DNA of 64,000 nucleotides, taken from assembly GCA_965215505.1 (NCBI GenBank), contig OZ244065.1, positions 928,001 to 992,000 of the forward strand. Direction: 5' to 3'. The translations under genes and the position numbers were made by a program. Shown piece after piece: positions 20,811 through 31,572 of the stretch. This DNA is from Capsulimonadaceae bacterium. GTDB taxonomy: Bacteria > Armatimonadota > Armatimonadia > Armatimonadales > Capsulimonadaceae. Numbering within the stretch: the stretch's first letter is position 1; each line of letters begins with the position of its first letter. The notes beneath the pieces were generated by a model, which had not been told where the DNA came from, ran no database searches, and was given only the letters and a program-made list of their open reading frames with translations.

Positions 20811-21698
20811 ATGCGCTTTACAAAGATGCAGGGCGTCGGCAACGACTTCGTTGTCGTGGATGGGGGCGAGCTGCCGCCCCATATTTCGCTCCCTTCGCTG
20901 GCGGTCCAGACCTGTGACCGGAAGTTCGGTATCGGGGCCGACGGCCTGTTGGTCGTGTCGCGGGATGCGCCGGGCCTGGCCCTTCGGATGCGGATGTTCA
21001 ACCCGGACGGCTCCGAAGACATGTGTGGGAACGGGCTGCGCTGCGTCTCACTCTGGGCCTTGCGGGCGGGCTGGCTTGATGGGCGAACGGAGTTCACCGT
21101 CGCCGTCAAAGGGGGCACCCGCGCTGTTCGGCTGCTGGAACTGGCCGAAACCGGGCGCACGGCGACATTGGGCGTGGATATGGGTATCCCACGTTTCCCC
21201 GGATGGAAGCCAAGCCCAGACGCCGATCTTTATACGACGGGAATGCGCGTGATCGGCTACCCGCTGGTGATTGAGGGCGAGACTTATCACATCACCGTTG
21301 TCAACACGGGCAGTACGCACACCGTCATCTTCGGCGTCGTGCCGCCGGACGAGGCGACGTTTCAGCGCGTTTCGCCCCTCATCGAGAACCACCCCCTGTT
21401 CCCGGAGCGGACCAGCGTTCTGTGGGCCACCCCGCAAGGCGACAGCGCCATCACGGTCCGCATCTGGGAGCGCGGCGCGGGTGAGACGCTGGGCTGCGGC
21501 ACGGGGGCGTGCGCGGTCGGCGTCGCGGCGCAGCTCTACGAGACTGTGGGCATGGGCGCGGTGAACCGGGCGGTGGACGTTATTTCCAAAGGCGGAACCT
21601 TACGAATCACCTGGCCGGGCGAGGGTGCCCCCATGGACATGACCGGACCCGCACAGATCGTGTATGATGGAGACTTCGCCCTTGACCCCGCCGCCTGA
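20811..21698 (+). CDS. dapF: Diaminopimelate epimerase
   Basis: FTKMQGVGNDF, GIGADG, NPDGSEDMCGNGLRC, WERGAGETLGCGTGACA. Confidence 0.95.
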   Translation: MRFTKMQGVGNDFVVVDGGELPPHISLPSLAVQTCDRKFGIGADGLLVVSRDAPGLALRMRMFNPDGSEDMCGNGLRCVSLWALRAGWLDGRTEFTVAVKGGTRAVRLLELAETGRTATLGVDMGIPRFPGWKPSPDADLYTTGMRVIGYPLVIEGETYHITVVNTGSTHTVIFGVVPPDEATFQRVSPLIENHPLFPERTSVLWATPQGDSAITVRIWERGAGETLGCGTGACAVGVAAQLYETVGMGAVNRAVDVISKGGTLRITWPGEGAPMDMTGPAQIVYDGDFALDPAA

Positions 21699-22491
21699 AA
21701 CTTTCCCCCAACTCCGTTCCAAACCGACCTTCGACAAGCGTTTCGACCTGCGCTCCTTCGGCGAGCCGCTGAGGGCTTTGCGCGCCGTGCCCATCCGGGA
21801 CGCGGGCGAGCCGCTGGTAGACCTGCGCGAGTTCTGCCCCCACGTCATCCTGCGGCCCGGCTGCCTCCCTTTCCTGCGCGAAACCGTGGCGAACATGGTG
21901 AACGAGGTCCAGGCGCGGATGCCCGAGGGCCACACGCTGGCCGTCGGGACCGCCCTGCGGACCCTGGACATGCAGCGAGGCATCCGGGAGGGCTTTACCA
22001 AAGACATGACCGAGAAGCACCCGGACTGGTCCAAGGCGACGATGGCCCGGATGCTCAACCGTATGGTCGCCCCGCCCGACGATCCCTCCCCTCCCCCGCA
22101 CACGACGGGCGGTGCGCTAGACGTGGGGGTTCGCGGCCCGGACGGCGAGGGCCTGGACTTCACCTCGCCCATTGAAGGCTGGGATTCGGCACCGACCTAC
22201 TACCACAAGCTGTCCGAGCAGGCCCGCGCCAACCGCCTGATGCTGATCGGGGCGATGGAGGGCGTCGGCCTGACCAACTACGTCGGCGAGTGGTGGCACT
22301 GGAGCTACGGCGACCAGGGCTGGGCCTTGCGCGTCGGCAGCCCCGTGGCCTACTACGGTGCGGTGGAGGTGGAGGACGCCGAGAACCAGCGCATCCCCCA
22401 GCCGCCGAAAGAGGAAGAAGCCCTGGAAGAAGCAGAGGCGGCCCCGGACGAGGCCGAAGCCGCATCGGGAGTGGCGGCAGCCTCCCAATAG
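21664..22491 (+). CDS. D-Ala-D-Ala dipeptidase (M15, VanX-like)
   Basis: PPHTTGGALDV, EWWHWSYGD, acidic C-terminal tail. Confidence 0.85.
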   Translation: MMETSPLTPPPETFPQLRSKPTFDKRFDLRSFGEPLRALRAVPIRDAGEPLVDLREFCPHVILRPGCLPFLRETVANMVNEVQARMPEGHTLAVGTALRTLDMQRGIREGFTKDMTEKHPDWSKATMARMLNRMVAPPDDPSPPPHTTGGALDVGVRGPDGEGLDFTSPIEGWDSAPTYYHKLSEQARANRLMLIGAMEGVGLTNYVGEWWHWSYGDQGWALRVGSPVAYYGAVEVEDAENQRIPQPPKEEEALEEAEAAPDEAEAASGVAAASQ

Positions 22492-22520
22492 CCGTGGGCG
22501 AACCCCATGGGTGGCATGGG

Positions 22521-23633
22521 CTACTGAAGCAATGCGGCGACCTCGCGGGCGATCTGGCGCTCCTCGTCCGTCGGGATCATCCAGGCCGAAACCGGGCCAT
22601 CAGCCACGCTGATCCGCGCCGCCTCGCCGCCCGTAGAAGCGGCGTTCAGGCCATCGTCAAGCGTCAGGCCCAGGAAGTCCAGACCCCGGCAGATGCGGGC
22701 GCGCATCCCCGCCCCGCGCTCGCCGATGCCGCCGGTGAAGGCGACGGCGTCCAGGCCGCCCAGGGCGGCGGCATACGCGCCCAAATATTTGCGGACGCGG
22801 TACGCGAAGATCTCCAATGCCATGTCGGCCAGTTTATCCCCCTCCCCAGCCGCCTGCTCCAAGTCGCGCACGTCACTCCGGCCAGCGAGTCCTTTAAGGC
22901 CGCTGCTGTGGTTCAGCAGGTCGTCAAGCTGCTCGGGCGTCATGCCCTGGGTCCGCAGCAGGTACAGCAGCAGGCCGGGGTCCACGTCGCCCGAGCGAGT
23001 CCCCATCACGAGGCCCTCCAGAGGCGTCAGGCCCATGCTGGTGTCCACGCTCGCCCCGTCCCGCAGGGCACACACGCTGGCCCCGCTGCCGAGGTGGCAG
23101 GTGACAAGCCTCGTCTCCGCCGCCTCGCGGCCCAGGCATTCCAGCAGCCGCCCGGAGACGTAGCGATGGGAAATGCCGTGGAAGCCATAGCGGCGCAGGC
23201 CCAGCCGGTCGGCGAGTTCGGCGGGCAGCGCGTACCGCCAGGCGACTTCGGGCAGGGTGCGGTGGAAGGCGGTGTCGAAGACAGCAACGCTGGGCGCGTT
23301 AGGCAGAAGGCGCAGCGCGGCTTCGATCAAGGCCACTTCGGTCGGGTTGTGCAGGGGGTCCAGCTCTTCCAGGACGTGAAGGCCCTGGATGACCTCCGGG
23401 GTGACTCGCGTCGGCTCGAAAAAGCGCGCGCCGCCCTGCACGACCCGGTGGCCGACGGCGTCGATGCCGAACGGTCGGCACTGCTCGATGGCCTTCCCAG
23501 CGGCGTCCGGCAGGGCGCTCGGGTCCAGGCGCTCGACGGAGCCTTCGGTCAAGTCGGTTTCAACGCCCGGCGTAATCTGGAACAGCCGGAACTTGAGGCT
23601 GGAGCTGCCGACGTTCAGGGCGAGTATGTTCAT
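22521..23633 (-). CDS. ackA: Acetate kinase
   Basis: LNVGSSSLKF, GHRVV, PLHNP, AVFDTAFH, YGFHGISH, TSMGLTPLEG, FTGGIGE, TDEE. Confidence 0.95.
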   Translation of the reverse strand: MNILALNVGSSSLKFRLFQITPGVETDLTEGSVERLDPSALPDAAGKAIEQCRPFGIDAVGHRVVQGGARFFEPTRVTPEVIQGLHVLEELDPLHNPTEVALIEAALRLLPNAPSVAVFDTAFHRTLPEVAWRYALPAELADRLGLRRYGFHGISHRYVSGRLLECLGREAAETRLVTCHLGSGASVCALRDGASVDTSMGLTPLEGLVMGTRSGDVDPGLLLYLLRTQGMTPEQLDDLLNHSSGLKGLAGRSDVRDLEQAAGEGDKLADMALEIFAYRVRKYLGAYAAALGGLDAVAFTGGIGERGAGMRARICRGLDFLGLTLDDGLNAASTGGEAARISVADGPVSAWMIPTDEERQIAREVAALLQ

Positions 23634-23644
23634 GGCACCTTGCC

Positions 23645-26116
23645 TCAGTTGTCGTCCTCGGTCTTCGGCGCGTGGGTCGCCGCCGCCTCGTGCGTCCAGG
23701 TCCAGTCGCGCACCTCGGGCATGTCATCCCCGTGTTCGCGGACATACAGGTGGTGTTCAGTCAGCTTGTCCCGGAGCATCTGCTTGAGGTACGCGGCCCG
23801 GTATCCCAAAGACGGCACGCGGTCTATCACATCGGTGGCGAGGTGGAAGCGGTCCAGGTCGTTCAGGACCACCATGTCGAACGGCGTCGTCGTCGTGCCA
23901 TTTTCTTTATAGCCCCGGACGTGGAAGTTGTCGTGGTTGGTGCGCCGGTAGGTAAGCCGGTGGATGAGGTACGGGTAGCCGTGGTAGGCGAAGATGACCG
24001 GCTTGTCCGGCGTGAAGATGGAGTCGAAGTCCCCGTCGTTCAGCCCGTGCGGGTGTTCCGAATGCGGCAGCAGGGTCATCACGTCCACGACGTTGACCAC
24101 GCGGACCTTCAGGTCGGGCAGGTGCCGGCGCAGGATGTCCACGGCGGCTAATGTCTCCAGAGTCGGCACGTCCCCGGCGCAGGCCATGACGACGTCCGGC
24201 TCCTGGCCCTGGTCATTGCTCGCCCAGTCCCAGATGCCGACGCCCGCCGTGCAGTGCTTGACCGCCGCATCCATGTCCAGGAACTGGAGGGAGGGCTGCT
24301 TGCCGGCCACGATGACGTTGACATAGTCCCGCGACCGCAGGCAGTGGTCGGCGACGGACAGCAGGCAGTTGGCATCCGGCGGCAGGTAGACGCGGACGAT
24401 CTCCGGCTTCTTGTTCATGACGACGTCAATGAAGCCGGGATCCTGGTGCGAGAACCCGTTGTGGTCCTGCCGCCAGACGTGCGAGGTCAGCAGATAGTTG
24501 AGCGAGGCGATGGGCCGCCGCCAGGACAGCTTGTTGCTGGTTTCCAGCCACTTGGCGTGCTGGCCGAACATCGAGTCAATGATGTGGATGAACGCCTCGT
24601 AGCAGGAGAAGAACCCGTGCCGCCCGGTGAGAAGATACCCCTCCAGCCAGCCCTCGATGGTGTGTTCACTCAGCATCTCCATCACGCGCCCGCCCTGGGC
24701 CAGGTGGTCGTCATAGGGGAAAGTCTCGGCCTCCCAGGCGCGGCCCGTTACTTCCAGCACGGCGTTCAGCCGGTTAGAGTTGTTCTCGTCGGGGGCCAGC
24801 ACGCGGAAGTTCGCGTTGTCGCTGTTCTGCTGCATCACGTCCCGCAGGAAGACGCCCAATACCCGCGTCGCCTCGCCCATCGCGGTGCCCGGCTTTTCGA
24901 CGGAGACGGCATAGTCGCGGAAGTCGGGCAGGTGCAGGTCTTTCAGGAGCAGCCCGCCGTTCGCGTGCGGGTTCGCGCCCATCCGCCGCGTCCCCTCGGG
25001 CGCGAGGGCGGCCAGTTCGGGGAGCAGCCTGCCACCGGCATCGAACAGCTCTTCGGGCTTGTAGCTCCGCATCCACTCTTCCAACAAGGCCAGATGCTCG
25101 GGCGTATCCACCTTCTCGATGGGCACCTGATGCGAGCGCCAGAAGCCCTCCGTCTTCTTGCCGTCCACCTCCTTCGGCCCGGTCCAGCCCTTGGGCGAGC
25201 GCAGGACGATCATCGGCCAGGCGGGGCGGCTCAGGTCGCCGCCTTCCCTCGCGCTAGTCTGGATCGCCTTGATCTCGGCCAGCACGGTGTCCATGGTCTG
25301 CGCCATGCGCTGGTGCATCTTCTCGGGGTCATCGCCGACGACAAAATGCGGCTTGTAGCCGTAGCCGACCAGCAGGCTCTCTAACTCGCTCTGCGGGATG
25401 CGCGCCAAAATGGTGGGATTGGCGATCTTGTAGCCGTTCAGGTGCAGGATCGGCAGGACCGCGCCATCGCGCTTCGGGTCCAGAAACTTGTTGGAGTGCC
25501 AGCTCGTCGCCAGCGGCCCCGTCTCGGCCTCGCCGTCGCCGATGACGCAGCAGACGAGGAGGTCCGGGTTGTCAAACGCCGCGCCGTAGGCGTGGGACAG
25601 CGAATACCCAAGCTCGCCCCCCTCATGGATCGAGCCGGGCGTCTGCGGCGCGGCGTGGGAGGGGATGCCGCCGGGGAACGAGAACTGCTTGAACAGCCGC
25701 TTCATCCCCGCCTCGTCCTGGGAGATGTCCGAGTAGATCTCACTGTAGGTGCCTTCGAGGTAGGTATTGGCGACCATGCCCGGCCCGCCATGCCCCGGCC
25801 CGGCGACATAGATGACGTTCAGGTCGTCCCGCTTGATGACCCGGTTGAAGTGGGCGTAGACGAAGTTCAGGCCCGGCGTCGTCCCCCAGTGTCCCAGCAG
25901 GCGCGGCTTGACGTGCTCGTGCTTCAGCGGCTCCTTCAGCAGCGGGTTGTCCAGGAGATAGATCTGCCCGATGGACAGATAGTTGGCCGCGCTCCAGTAG
26001 GCGTTCGTCTTCCGCAATTCGTCCGCGCTGAGTGGCCCCGGCTGGAACTCGTGCGCCTCGGTGTCTTCCTCCCGGAAGTTGTGAGCGTCAGTGGGGGCGG
26101 GTGCGGTCATCGTCAT
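23645..26116 (-). CDS. xfp: Phosphoketolase (XFP)
   Basis: [56 protein letters not shown]. Confidence 0.97.
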   Translation of the reverse strand: MTMTAPAPTDAHNFREEDTEAHEFQPGPLSADELRKTNAYWSAANYLSIGQIYLLDNPLLKEPLKHEHVKPRLLGHWGTTPGLNFVYAHFNRVIKRDDLNVIYVAGPGHGGPGMVANTYLEGTYSEIYSDISQDEAGMKRLFKQFSFPGGIPSHAAPQTPGSIHEGGELGYSLSHAYGAAFDNPDLLVCCVIGDGEAETGPLATSWHSNKFLDPKRDGAVLPILHLNGYKIANPTILARIPQSELESLLVGYGYKPHFVVGDDPEKMHQRMAQTMDTVLAEIKAIQTSAREGGDLSRPAWPMIVLRSPKGWTGPKEVDGKKTEGFWRSHQVPIEKVDTPEHLALLEEWMRSYKPEELFDAGGRLLPELAALAPEGTRRMGANPHANGGLLLKDLHLPDFRDYAVSVEKPGTAMGEATRVLGVFLRDVMQQNSDNANFRVLAPDENNSNRLNAVLEVTGRAWEAETFPYDDHLAQGGRVMEMLSEHTIEGWLEGYLLTGRHGFFSCYEAFIHIIDSMFGQHAKWLETSNKLSWRRPIASLNYLLTSHVWRQDHNGFSHQDPGFIDVVMNKKPEIVRVYLPPDANCLLSVADHCLRSRDYVNVIVAGKQPSLQFLDMDAAVKHCTAGVGIWDWASNDQGQEPDVVMACAGDVPTLETLAAVDILRRHLPDLKVRVVNVVDVMTLLPHSEHPHGLNDGDFDSIFTPDKPVIFAYHGYPYLIHRLTYRRTNHDNFHVRGYKENGTTTTPFDMVVLNDLDRFHLATDVIDRVPSLGYRAAYLKQMLRDKLTEHHLYVREHGDDMPEVRDWTWTHEAAATHAPKTEDDN

Positions 26117-26240
26117 GGGTTTCTTCTCTTTCCCCGTCCAGTCGGGCGGGCAGGAACATACACAGATAGTACCCAGAGAGGGGCGGGACGAATGTTAAGG
26201 TTTTGTTAAGATTGCGGTGCCATGCTACGAGCGGTTCGGG

Positions 26241-27341
26241 TTATAGTGGAGTCAACAGCAGACCATGGACGACGCTGTCCTCTTCCCCTCCACCCTTCTC
26301 CCCTTCACAGGCGATCTGCCCGCAGTCGTTGATATCCACCGCCACCGCGATGTGCCATCCCGATGTTGAGTCAATGAGTCCGTTCAAGTCGTGCATTTTG
26401 CCGTCTTGCCAGAGGAACCCATAGATGGGGCCATCCTCGATATCTAACTCCCCCACGATTTGACCGAGGGCGTTGATAGCCAGCGGTCTGCTTTCCTGCG
26501 TCTCAGATATTCCGTCAAGGTTGATCATCGTGCCATTTTCCCACAGAAAGCCGTGAACAGGATTGTGGTCCTCCCGCTCCTGGTCGTCGGTCGCGGAAAC
26601 GCCGACGACCTGACCTGCCACATTGATGGCGTAAGGGATGCTATAACCGCCCAGTGTTCCCAATACGGTCATCCGCCCGTTCTGCCAGAGCCAGGCGTGG
26701 CTCGCATGGTTCCCGTCCGGGCTGTCCGCTGTTCCCACGATCTGCCCCACGTCATTGAGAGCATACGCTTGGAACTTGCCGCCATCGCGGGCCATGAGGT
26801 CCGTCAATCCCCCGTCGCTCCAGAGAAACGACTTGCGCGTCCTGCGGGGCGGGTGGTCGGGCTGGTCCTGGTGGAACGTATCGCTCCACCCGATGATGTC
26901 GCCTTTGTTGTTGATTGCTCTGAGAAAAACCTGCCCCGCGTCAGGATGCAGGAAAAACTCGGCCCGGCCGTCCCTCATCAAGAAGGGCAGAAGAGGCGCA
27001 CTCCCCTTGTTACCACGTCTCATGCCCCCTGGGCCAACGGAGAGGGCTTGCAGACCGTCCCCATCGCTGTCGGCCTTGCTGTGGTTTCCAATCAACTGGT
27101 AAGCCTGGCCCATGATCTGGCCCTGATCATTGATGTCCCTGGCAACGCTCGCCAAACCCTTGATTGGCATGGACAGTGCGGAGAGCCTACCATCCTGCCA
27201 AAGACAGGCGGCCCACAGGAAGCCGCTGCCGCCGTAGCCTCCCATGCCGACGACGTGACCATGGTTGTTGAGGGCATGGGCTTTGCTCATCGTGCCGCCG
27301 GGGAGTGTTCCTAAATCAATGACTCTGAAAACGGGGTTCAT
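26241..27341 (-). CDS. HAF-repeat (extracellular-repeat, beta-propeller-like) protein
   Basis: Repeated DLGTLxG, AxAINxxGQIVG and HxFLWxxG units. Confidence 0.85.
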   Translation of the reverse strand: MNPVFRVIDLGTLPGGTMSKAHALNNHGHVVGMGGYGGSGFLWAACLWQDGRLSALSMPIKGLASVARDINDQGQIMGQAYQLIGNHSKADSDGDGLQALSVGPGGMRRGNKGSAPLLPFLMRDGRAEFFLHPDAGQVFLRAINNKGDIIGWSDTFHQDQPDHPPRRTRKSFLWSDGGLTDLMARDGGKFQAYALNDVGQIVGTADSPDGNHASHAWLWQNGRMTVLGTLGGYSIPYAINVAGQVVGVSATDDQEREDHNPVHGFLWENGTMINLDGISETQESRPLAINALGQIVGELDIEDGPIYGFLWQDGKMHDLNGLIDSTSGWHIAVAVDINDCGQIACEGEKGGGEEDSVVHGLLLTPL

Positions 27342-27367
27342 AAGGTGTGATAATACCACGTCCCCCC

Positions 27368-29908
27368 TCATACCGCCGAGTGACGGTAAAAGATCGTCTT
27401 GGCCGTCTCAGACACAACGATGTAGAAGACCATGATGCCCGCAAGCACCGGTAGGAACACCAGGGGCAGCGGGACAAACCCGAACGGACGCGCCAGCGGT
27501 GTGTAGGGCAGCAGCAAGGTGACGGCGACGATGGCGAGGGTCGCCAGCAGGAGCGGGGTGCTGGGGCGGCTCAGGTAGAACCGCTTCCGGGTGCGGATGA
27601 CCAGCACGATCAGCGAAGCAGTCACGACGCTCTCCACGAACCAGCCCGTGCGGAACTGGGCGGTGGTGGCGTGCAGAAGCCAGACCAGGACGGCGAAGGT
27701 GAGGTAGTCGCAGACGGAGCTGACCAGGCCGAAGACGAGCATGAACCGGCGGATGAACTTGATGTTCCAGCGGCGCGGGCGCGTCACCGCTTCGGGGTCA
27801 ACGCTGTCGGTGGCGATGGTCATCTCGGGGAAGTCGGTCATCAGGTTCGTCAGCAGGACCTGCTTGGGCAGGAGGGGCAGGAACGGGAGGAACAGGGACG
27901 CGCCCGCCATGCTGAACATGTTGCCGAAGTTCGCGCTCGTCGCCATGAAGACGTATTTGAGCGTGTTGGCGAAGGTGACCCGCCCCTCGCGGACGCCGCA
28001 GGCCAGCACGTCCAGGTTCTTCTCCAGCAGGACGATGTCGGCGGCTTCCTTGGCGACATCCACGGCGTTCGCCACCGAGATGCCCACGTCGGCGGCGTGG
28101 AGGGCGGAGGCGTCATTGATGCCGTCCCCCATGTAGCCGACGACATGGCCCGCGCGCTTCAGGGCCAGGATGATCCGCTCCTTCTGGTTCGGCTCCACCT
28201 CGGCGAACACATCTACACTGGGCGCGCGCTGGGTCAGCGCCTCCGTGCTCATGCGGCGCAGGTCGCCGCCGGTGACGATCTGCGGGTCGGTCATCCCGGC
28301 CTGTTTGCTGACGGTGGCGGCGACGAGGGCATTGTCGCCGGTAATCAGCTTGAGCGAGACGCCCAGGGCGCGCAGGGCTTGGAGCGAGGCGACGATGCCG
28401 TCCTGGAGCGGGTCGAACAGGGTCAGGAAGCCCAGAAACGTCATGTCGGCCTCGTGGCCCTTGCCGATAGTGGTTTCCGTCCCCGCATCGCGGTAGGCGA
28501 TGCCCAGCGTCCGGTAGCCTGCCCCGCTGAACGCGGCGTACTGCGCCTGGATCTGCGTCCGCAGGGGTCCGAGCGGGGCGGCCTTGCCGTCCGCCGTTTC
28601 CGCCGTTTGACAGACTTCCAGTACGTTCGCCAGCGCGCCTTTGGTCACCATCAGGTGCGTGTCGCCGCTTGCGACCAGCACGCTCAGGCGCTTGCGGACG
28701 AAGTCGTAAGGCTCCTCATCGAGTTTTGTGTAGCCGGACACGTCGAGCGGCTTGAAGGCGACGACCGCCTCGTCAATCGGGTTGGCGTAGCCGCTCTGGA
28801 ACTTCGCGTTCAGGAAGGCGTACAGCAAAACCTTGGCGCTGTCGTCGCCGCAGACATCCACCGCCGAGTGCAGGTGGACGGTGCCCTCGGTCAGAGTCCC
28901 GGTCTTGTCAGTACACAACACGTCCATGCTGCCGAAGTTCTCGATGGCGGCCAGCCGCTTGACGATGACCTTTTCCAATGCCATGCGCTTCGCGCCGTGG
29001 GCGAGGTTGATGCTGATGATGGCGGGCAATAGCTGCGGGGTCAGCCCGACGGCCAGCGCGAGCGAGAATAGCAGCGACTCCAGCACGGGCCGGTGGAAGT
29101 AGACGTTGGCCGCGAAGATGCCCAGCACGAGCAGAAATGTCACCTCCATCAGTAGGTAGCCGAAGTGCCGGATGCCCGACTCGAACTCGGTCTCGGGCGG
29201 CTTGCGGGTGAGGGTCTGCGAGACCTTGCCGAACTCGGTGGCGCGGCCCGTCAGCACCGCCAGGGCCTTCGCCGCGCCGCTGACCACGCTGGTGCCCAGG
29301 AACACGCTGTTGGTGCGCCTGGCGAGCGGCGTGTCGGCGGGCAGTATCGTGGGGGCTTTCTCGACCGGGAACGTCTCGCCCGTGAGGGCGGCCTCGTTGA
29401 CGAACAGGTCCTTGGACTCCACGAGCAGGCAGTCGGCGGGGACGATGTCGCCCGCACGGAGCAGGACGATGTCGCCGGGCACGACTTGGTCCGTGTGAAC
29501 GTCCGTGGGTTTGCCGTCGCGCTCACAGGTCGCCTTGATCTGCACCACGGCTAGCAGCTTCTGCACGGCGTCGGCGGCCCCACGCTCTTGCCAGAAGCCG
29601 AGAAGCCCGCTGACCAAGACAATCAGCAGGATAATCACGGCGTCGGTCGTGTCGTGGAGGAACAGCGACAGCAGGGCGGCGAAGATCAGGATGAGGATGA
29701 TGGGGCTTTTGAACTGGGACAGCAGCAGGAGCAGCATCTTCCAGAGCGGGTGCGGCTTCGCCATGCCGGGCTGACCCGCGAGACGGCCCGACGCTTCGGC
29801 CTGAGTCAAGCCTTGCGCGGTGGTTTTGAGGCGGGCGAGTAGGTCCGCCGGGGGGACGCCCCAGAAAGCGGGCGGGTCAGGGCTTGCGGGCGTCGGTTTT
29901 GTTTGCAT
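27368..29908 (-). CDS. mgtA: Magnesium-translocating P-type ATPase
   Basis: LTGE, AVGLTPQLLP, DKTGTLT, MGDGINDA, SANFGNMFS. ATG at 29908; the longer ORF reads through a repeat. Confidence 0.92.
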   Translation of the reverse strand: MQTKPTPASPDPPAFWGVPPADLLARLKTTAQGLTQAEASGRLAGQPGMAKPHPLWKMLLLLLSQFKSPIILILIFAALLSLFLHDTTDAVIILLIVLVSGLLGFWQERGAADAVQKLLAVVQIKATCERDGKPTDVHTDQVVPGDIVLLRAGDIVPADCLLVESKDLFVNEAALTGETFPVEKAPTILPADTPLARRTNSVFLGTSVVSGAAKALAVLTGRATEFGKVSQTLTRKPPETEFESGIRHFGYLLMEVTFLLVLGIFAANVYFHRPVLESLLFSLALAVGLTPQLLPAIISINLAHGAKRMALEKVIVKRLAAIENFGSMDVLCTDKTGTLTEGTVHLHSAVDVCGDDSAKVLLYAFLNAKFQSGYANPIDEAVVAFKPLDVSGYTKLDEEPYDFVRKRLSVLVASGDTHLMVTKGALANVLEVCQTAETADGKAAPLGPLRTQIQAQYAAFSGAGYRTLGIAYRDAGTETTIGKGHEADMTFLGFLTLFDPLQDGIVASLQALRALGVSLKLITGDNALVAATVSKQAGMTDPQIVTGGDLRRMSTEALTQRAPSVDVFAEVEPNQKERIILALKRAGHVVGYMGDGINDASALHAADVGISVANAVDVAKEAADIVLLEKNLDVLACGVREGRVTFANTLKYVFMATSANFGNMFSMAGASLFLPFLPLLPKQVLLTNLMTDFPEMTIATDSVDPEAVTRPRRWNIKFIRRFMLVFGLVSSVCDYLTFAVLVWLLHATTAQFRTGWFVESVVTASLIVLVIRTRKRFYLSRPSTPLLLATLAIVAVTLLLPYTPLARPFGFVPLPLVFLPVLAGIMVFYIVVSETAKTIFYRHSAV

Positions 29909-29921
29909 AAGGCGGTCACGT

Positions 29922-30090
29922 CCACGGGGCTGAACCCCCGTGCTTCGGTAAAGCAACTCCCCGAGGGTAAGGGCGGAGGAGTAGGGGCGCGGCGAGTCGC
30001 GCCCTCCATCCCCGCGCTCGGCCTGCTCTGTGTCTTCGCCCGCGAAGGCGGGGGCTTGCACTTCTGAAGCACGGGGGTTCAGCCCCGTGG
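29922..30090. repeat. REP-like doublet, family A, with a nested GTAG-type REP
   Basis: 25-bp perfect inverted arms at 29922-29946 and 30066-30090. GTAGGGGCGCGGCGAGTCGCGCCCTC at 29981-30006. Confidence 0.85.
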
Positions 30091-30103
30091 GCAGGCCCCA
30101 AGA

Positions 30104-31234
30104 TCACGCCAAAACCTCCTCGACTGGACGGCGCAGGGAGTGCGGCAGCGCGTCCGCGTACCCGAACCGCAGCAGCAGTTGCGGCTGCGCCGTACCCAGC
30201 CCCAAGTAGCTCTGGAACTGGGAACGCAGTCGGGGGACCTCGGCGGGCTGGTTGAGGAACGCCACCTGAATGCCCGACGCCGTCAGGGTCAGCGCCAGCC
30301 TTTCATACAGTCGCCCCGTCTCGATCCAGTGGCGCTTGTCGTCTGAGGCGGCAGCGATGACGATGAGGCCCGACGAGCTGCGGGCCTTTCGCGCGGACGT
30401 GTCGGCCTGCGACCCCGCGCTGGCGGCCGTCAGGAACCGCTTGCCCAGCCAGCGCGGGACGTCCGGGTTTCCGGTGCAGCGCGTGTACAGCCCGTCCAGG
30501 CTGTGGAGCGCTTCGGGCTTGTTGAACCGCATCCAGGAGACGAGTTCGGCGACGAAGGCCGGGTCGCCGAACTGACGCTGATCGCCCGCCCTGATGTACT
30601 CGATGATCGCCTCTTTGTGGCCCGAGTCCGTGAAGATCAGCGTAGAGATGCCCGCGCCGGACGTGACGGCCTCCATCTTCTTTGTCTCGGCGGGCGGGAC
30701 GGGACGCCCATCGTACAGGGACCGATTGTTCTGCCGGTGCGGGATGGCTTCAAGGAGCGTCACGGGGCCGTGGGCAGCCGACCTCGACAGTTGGAGGGCG
30801 ATGTGGTCTGCGTCCAGGCCGGGATAAGTCACATCTGCTCCGTATCCGGCGGCACCAGCAGCAATGACCAGATTCTCCAGGGCGCATCCAAGGCTGATCC
30901 AGAGTTCACGGTCCTGCGGGTCCACGGCGGGCAGACGCCGGGAGTAGTCGGGCGAGATGCGGACCGTGTCCCCCCGAACGGCGAAAAGCCACGGCTGGGT
31001 GTTGTGCCCGCTCGGTGCCAGGGTGGCATAGCGGACCAGCTCACGCATCTGTGCCGGCACGGCGGCCCCGGACCGGAACGGAGTATCCCAGGTCTGCCGC
31101 GCCTGCGCCTCGTAATCCTGCCAGGGGGCATACGTCACAAGCGCCTCGCCCAACACGGCGGCCGTTCCCGTGGCGGCGAGCGCAAGGAACCGGCGGCGGC
31201 TGAGTTTCCGGCGCGGGGGCGGGATCGTATTCAT
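30104..31234 (-). CDS. Acg-family FMN-binding nitroreductase-like protein with Tat-like leader
   Basis: SRRRFLAL, LAPSGHNTQPW, DRELWISLGCALENL, QLLLRFGY, RRPVEEVL. Confidence 0.88.
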   Translation of the reverse strand: MNTIPPPRRKLSRRRFLALAATGTAAVLGEALVTYAPWQDYEAQARQTWDTPFRSGAAVPAQMRELVRYATLAPSGHNTQPWLFAVRGDTVRISPDYSRRLPAVDPQDRELWISLGCALENLVIAAGAAGYGADVTYPGLDADHIALQLSRSAAHGPVTLLEAIPHRQNNRSLYDGRPVPPAETKKMEAVTSGAGISTLIFTDSGHKEAIIEYIRAGDQRQFGDPAFVAELVSWMRFNKPEALHSLDGLYTRCTGNPDVPRWLGKRFLTAASAGSQADTSARKARSSSGLIVIAAASDDKRHWIETGRLYERLALTLTASGIQVAFLNQPAEVPRLRSQFQSYLGLGTAQPQLLLRFGYADALPHSLRRPVEEVLA

Positions 31235-31246
31235 GTCGCCCTCCCG

Positions 31247-31516
31247 TTAGCGCGACTTCTGCCGGGACTGCTTGTTCTCCCAGGCCTGCAAGGCGGCCGT
31301 GTGCGCCGCTTCCGCTTCCTCCATCCGCGCACGGCTGAGGGCAAGCACGTCCGGGGACGCCCCGCCGTTCAGCGCGGCCTCTTCCTTCTTCTGCGCGTAT
31401 TGCGCGCGCCGACCGGCTGCCGTTTGCTGAAGGACAGCCAGCCGCTCGACCTCCGCCCTGGTTTTCGTGTCCTGGGCGGACAGCCGCCGCCAGAGGAGGG
31501 TGAAATAGTTTCCCAT
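31247..31516 (-). CDS. Small helical hypothetical protein downstream of cydB
   Basis: ORF is co-oriented in the operon with Ala/Glu/Arg-rich helical composition. Confidence 0.55.
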   Translation of the reverse strand: MGNYFTLLWRRLSAQDTKTRAEVERLAVLQQTAAGRRAQYAQKKEEAALNGGASPDVLALSRARMEEAEAAHTAALQAWENKQSRQKSR

Positions 31517-31572
31517 GAGAGTTGTCTTTCTAATGCCGGCAGAGTTTCTTGACTGCGGGACGCTTCCCTGCA

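Noticed and set aside
21664-22491. Vancomycin resistance cluster
   Set aside because: Only a VanX-like peptidase is present, with no vanH, vanA/B ligase or vanRS.
29909-30103. Mg2+ riboswitch or leader peptide upstream of mgtA
   Set aside because: The region is explained by a family A doublet with a nested REP, and I recognise no M-box features.
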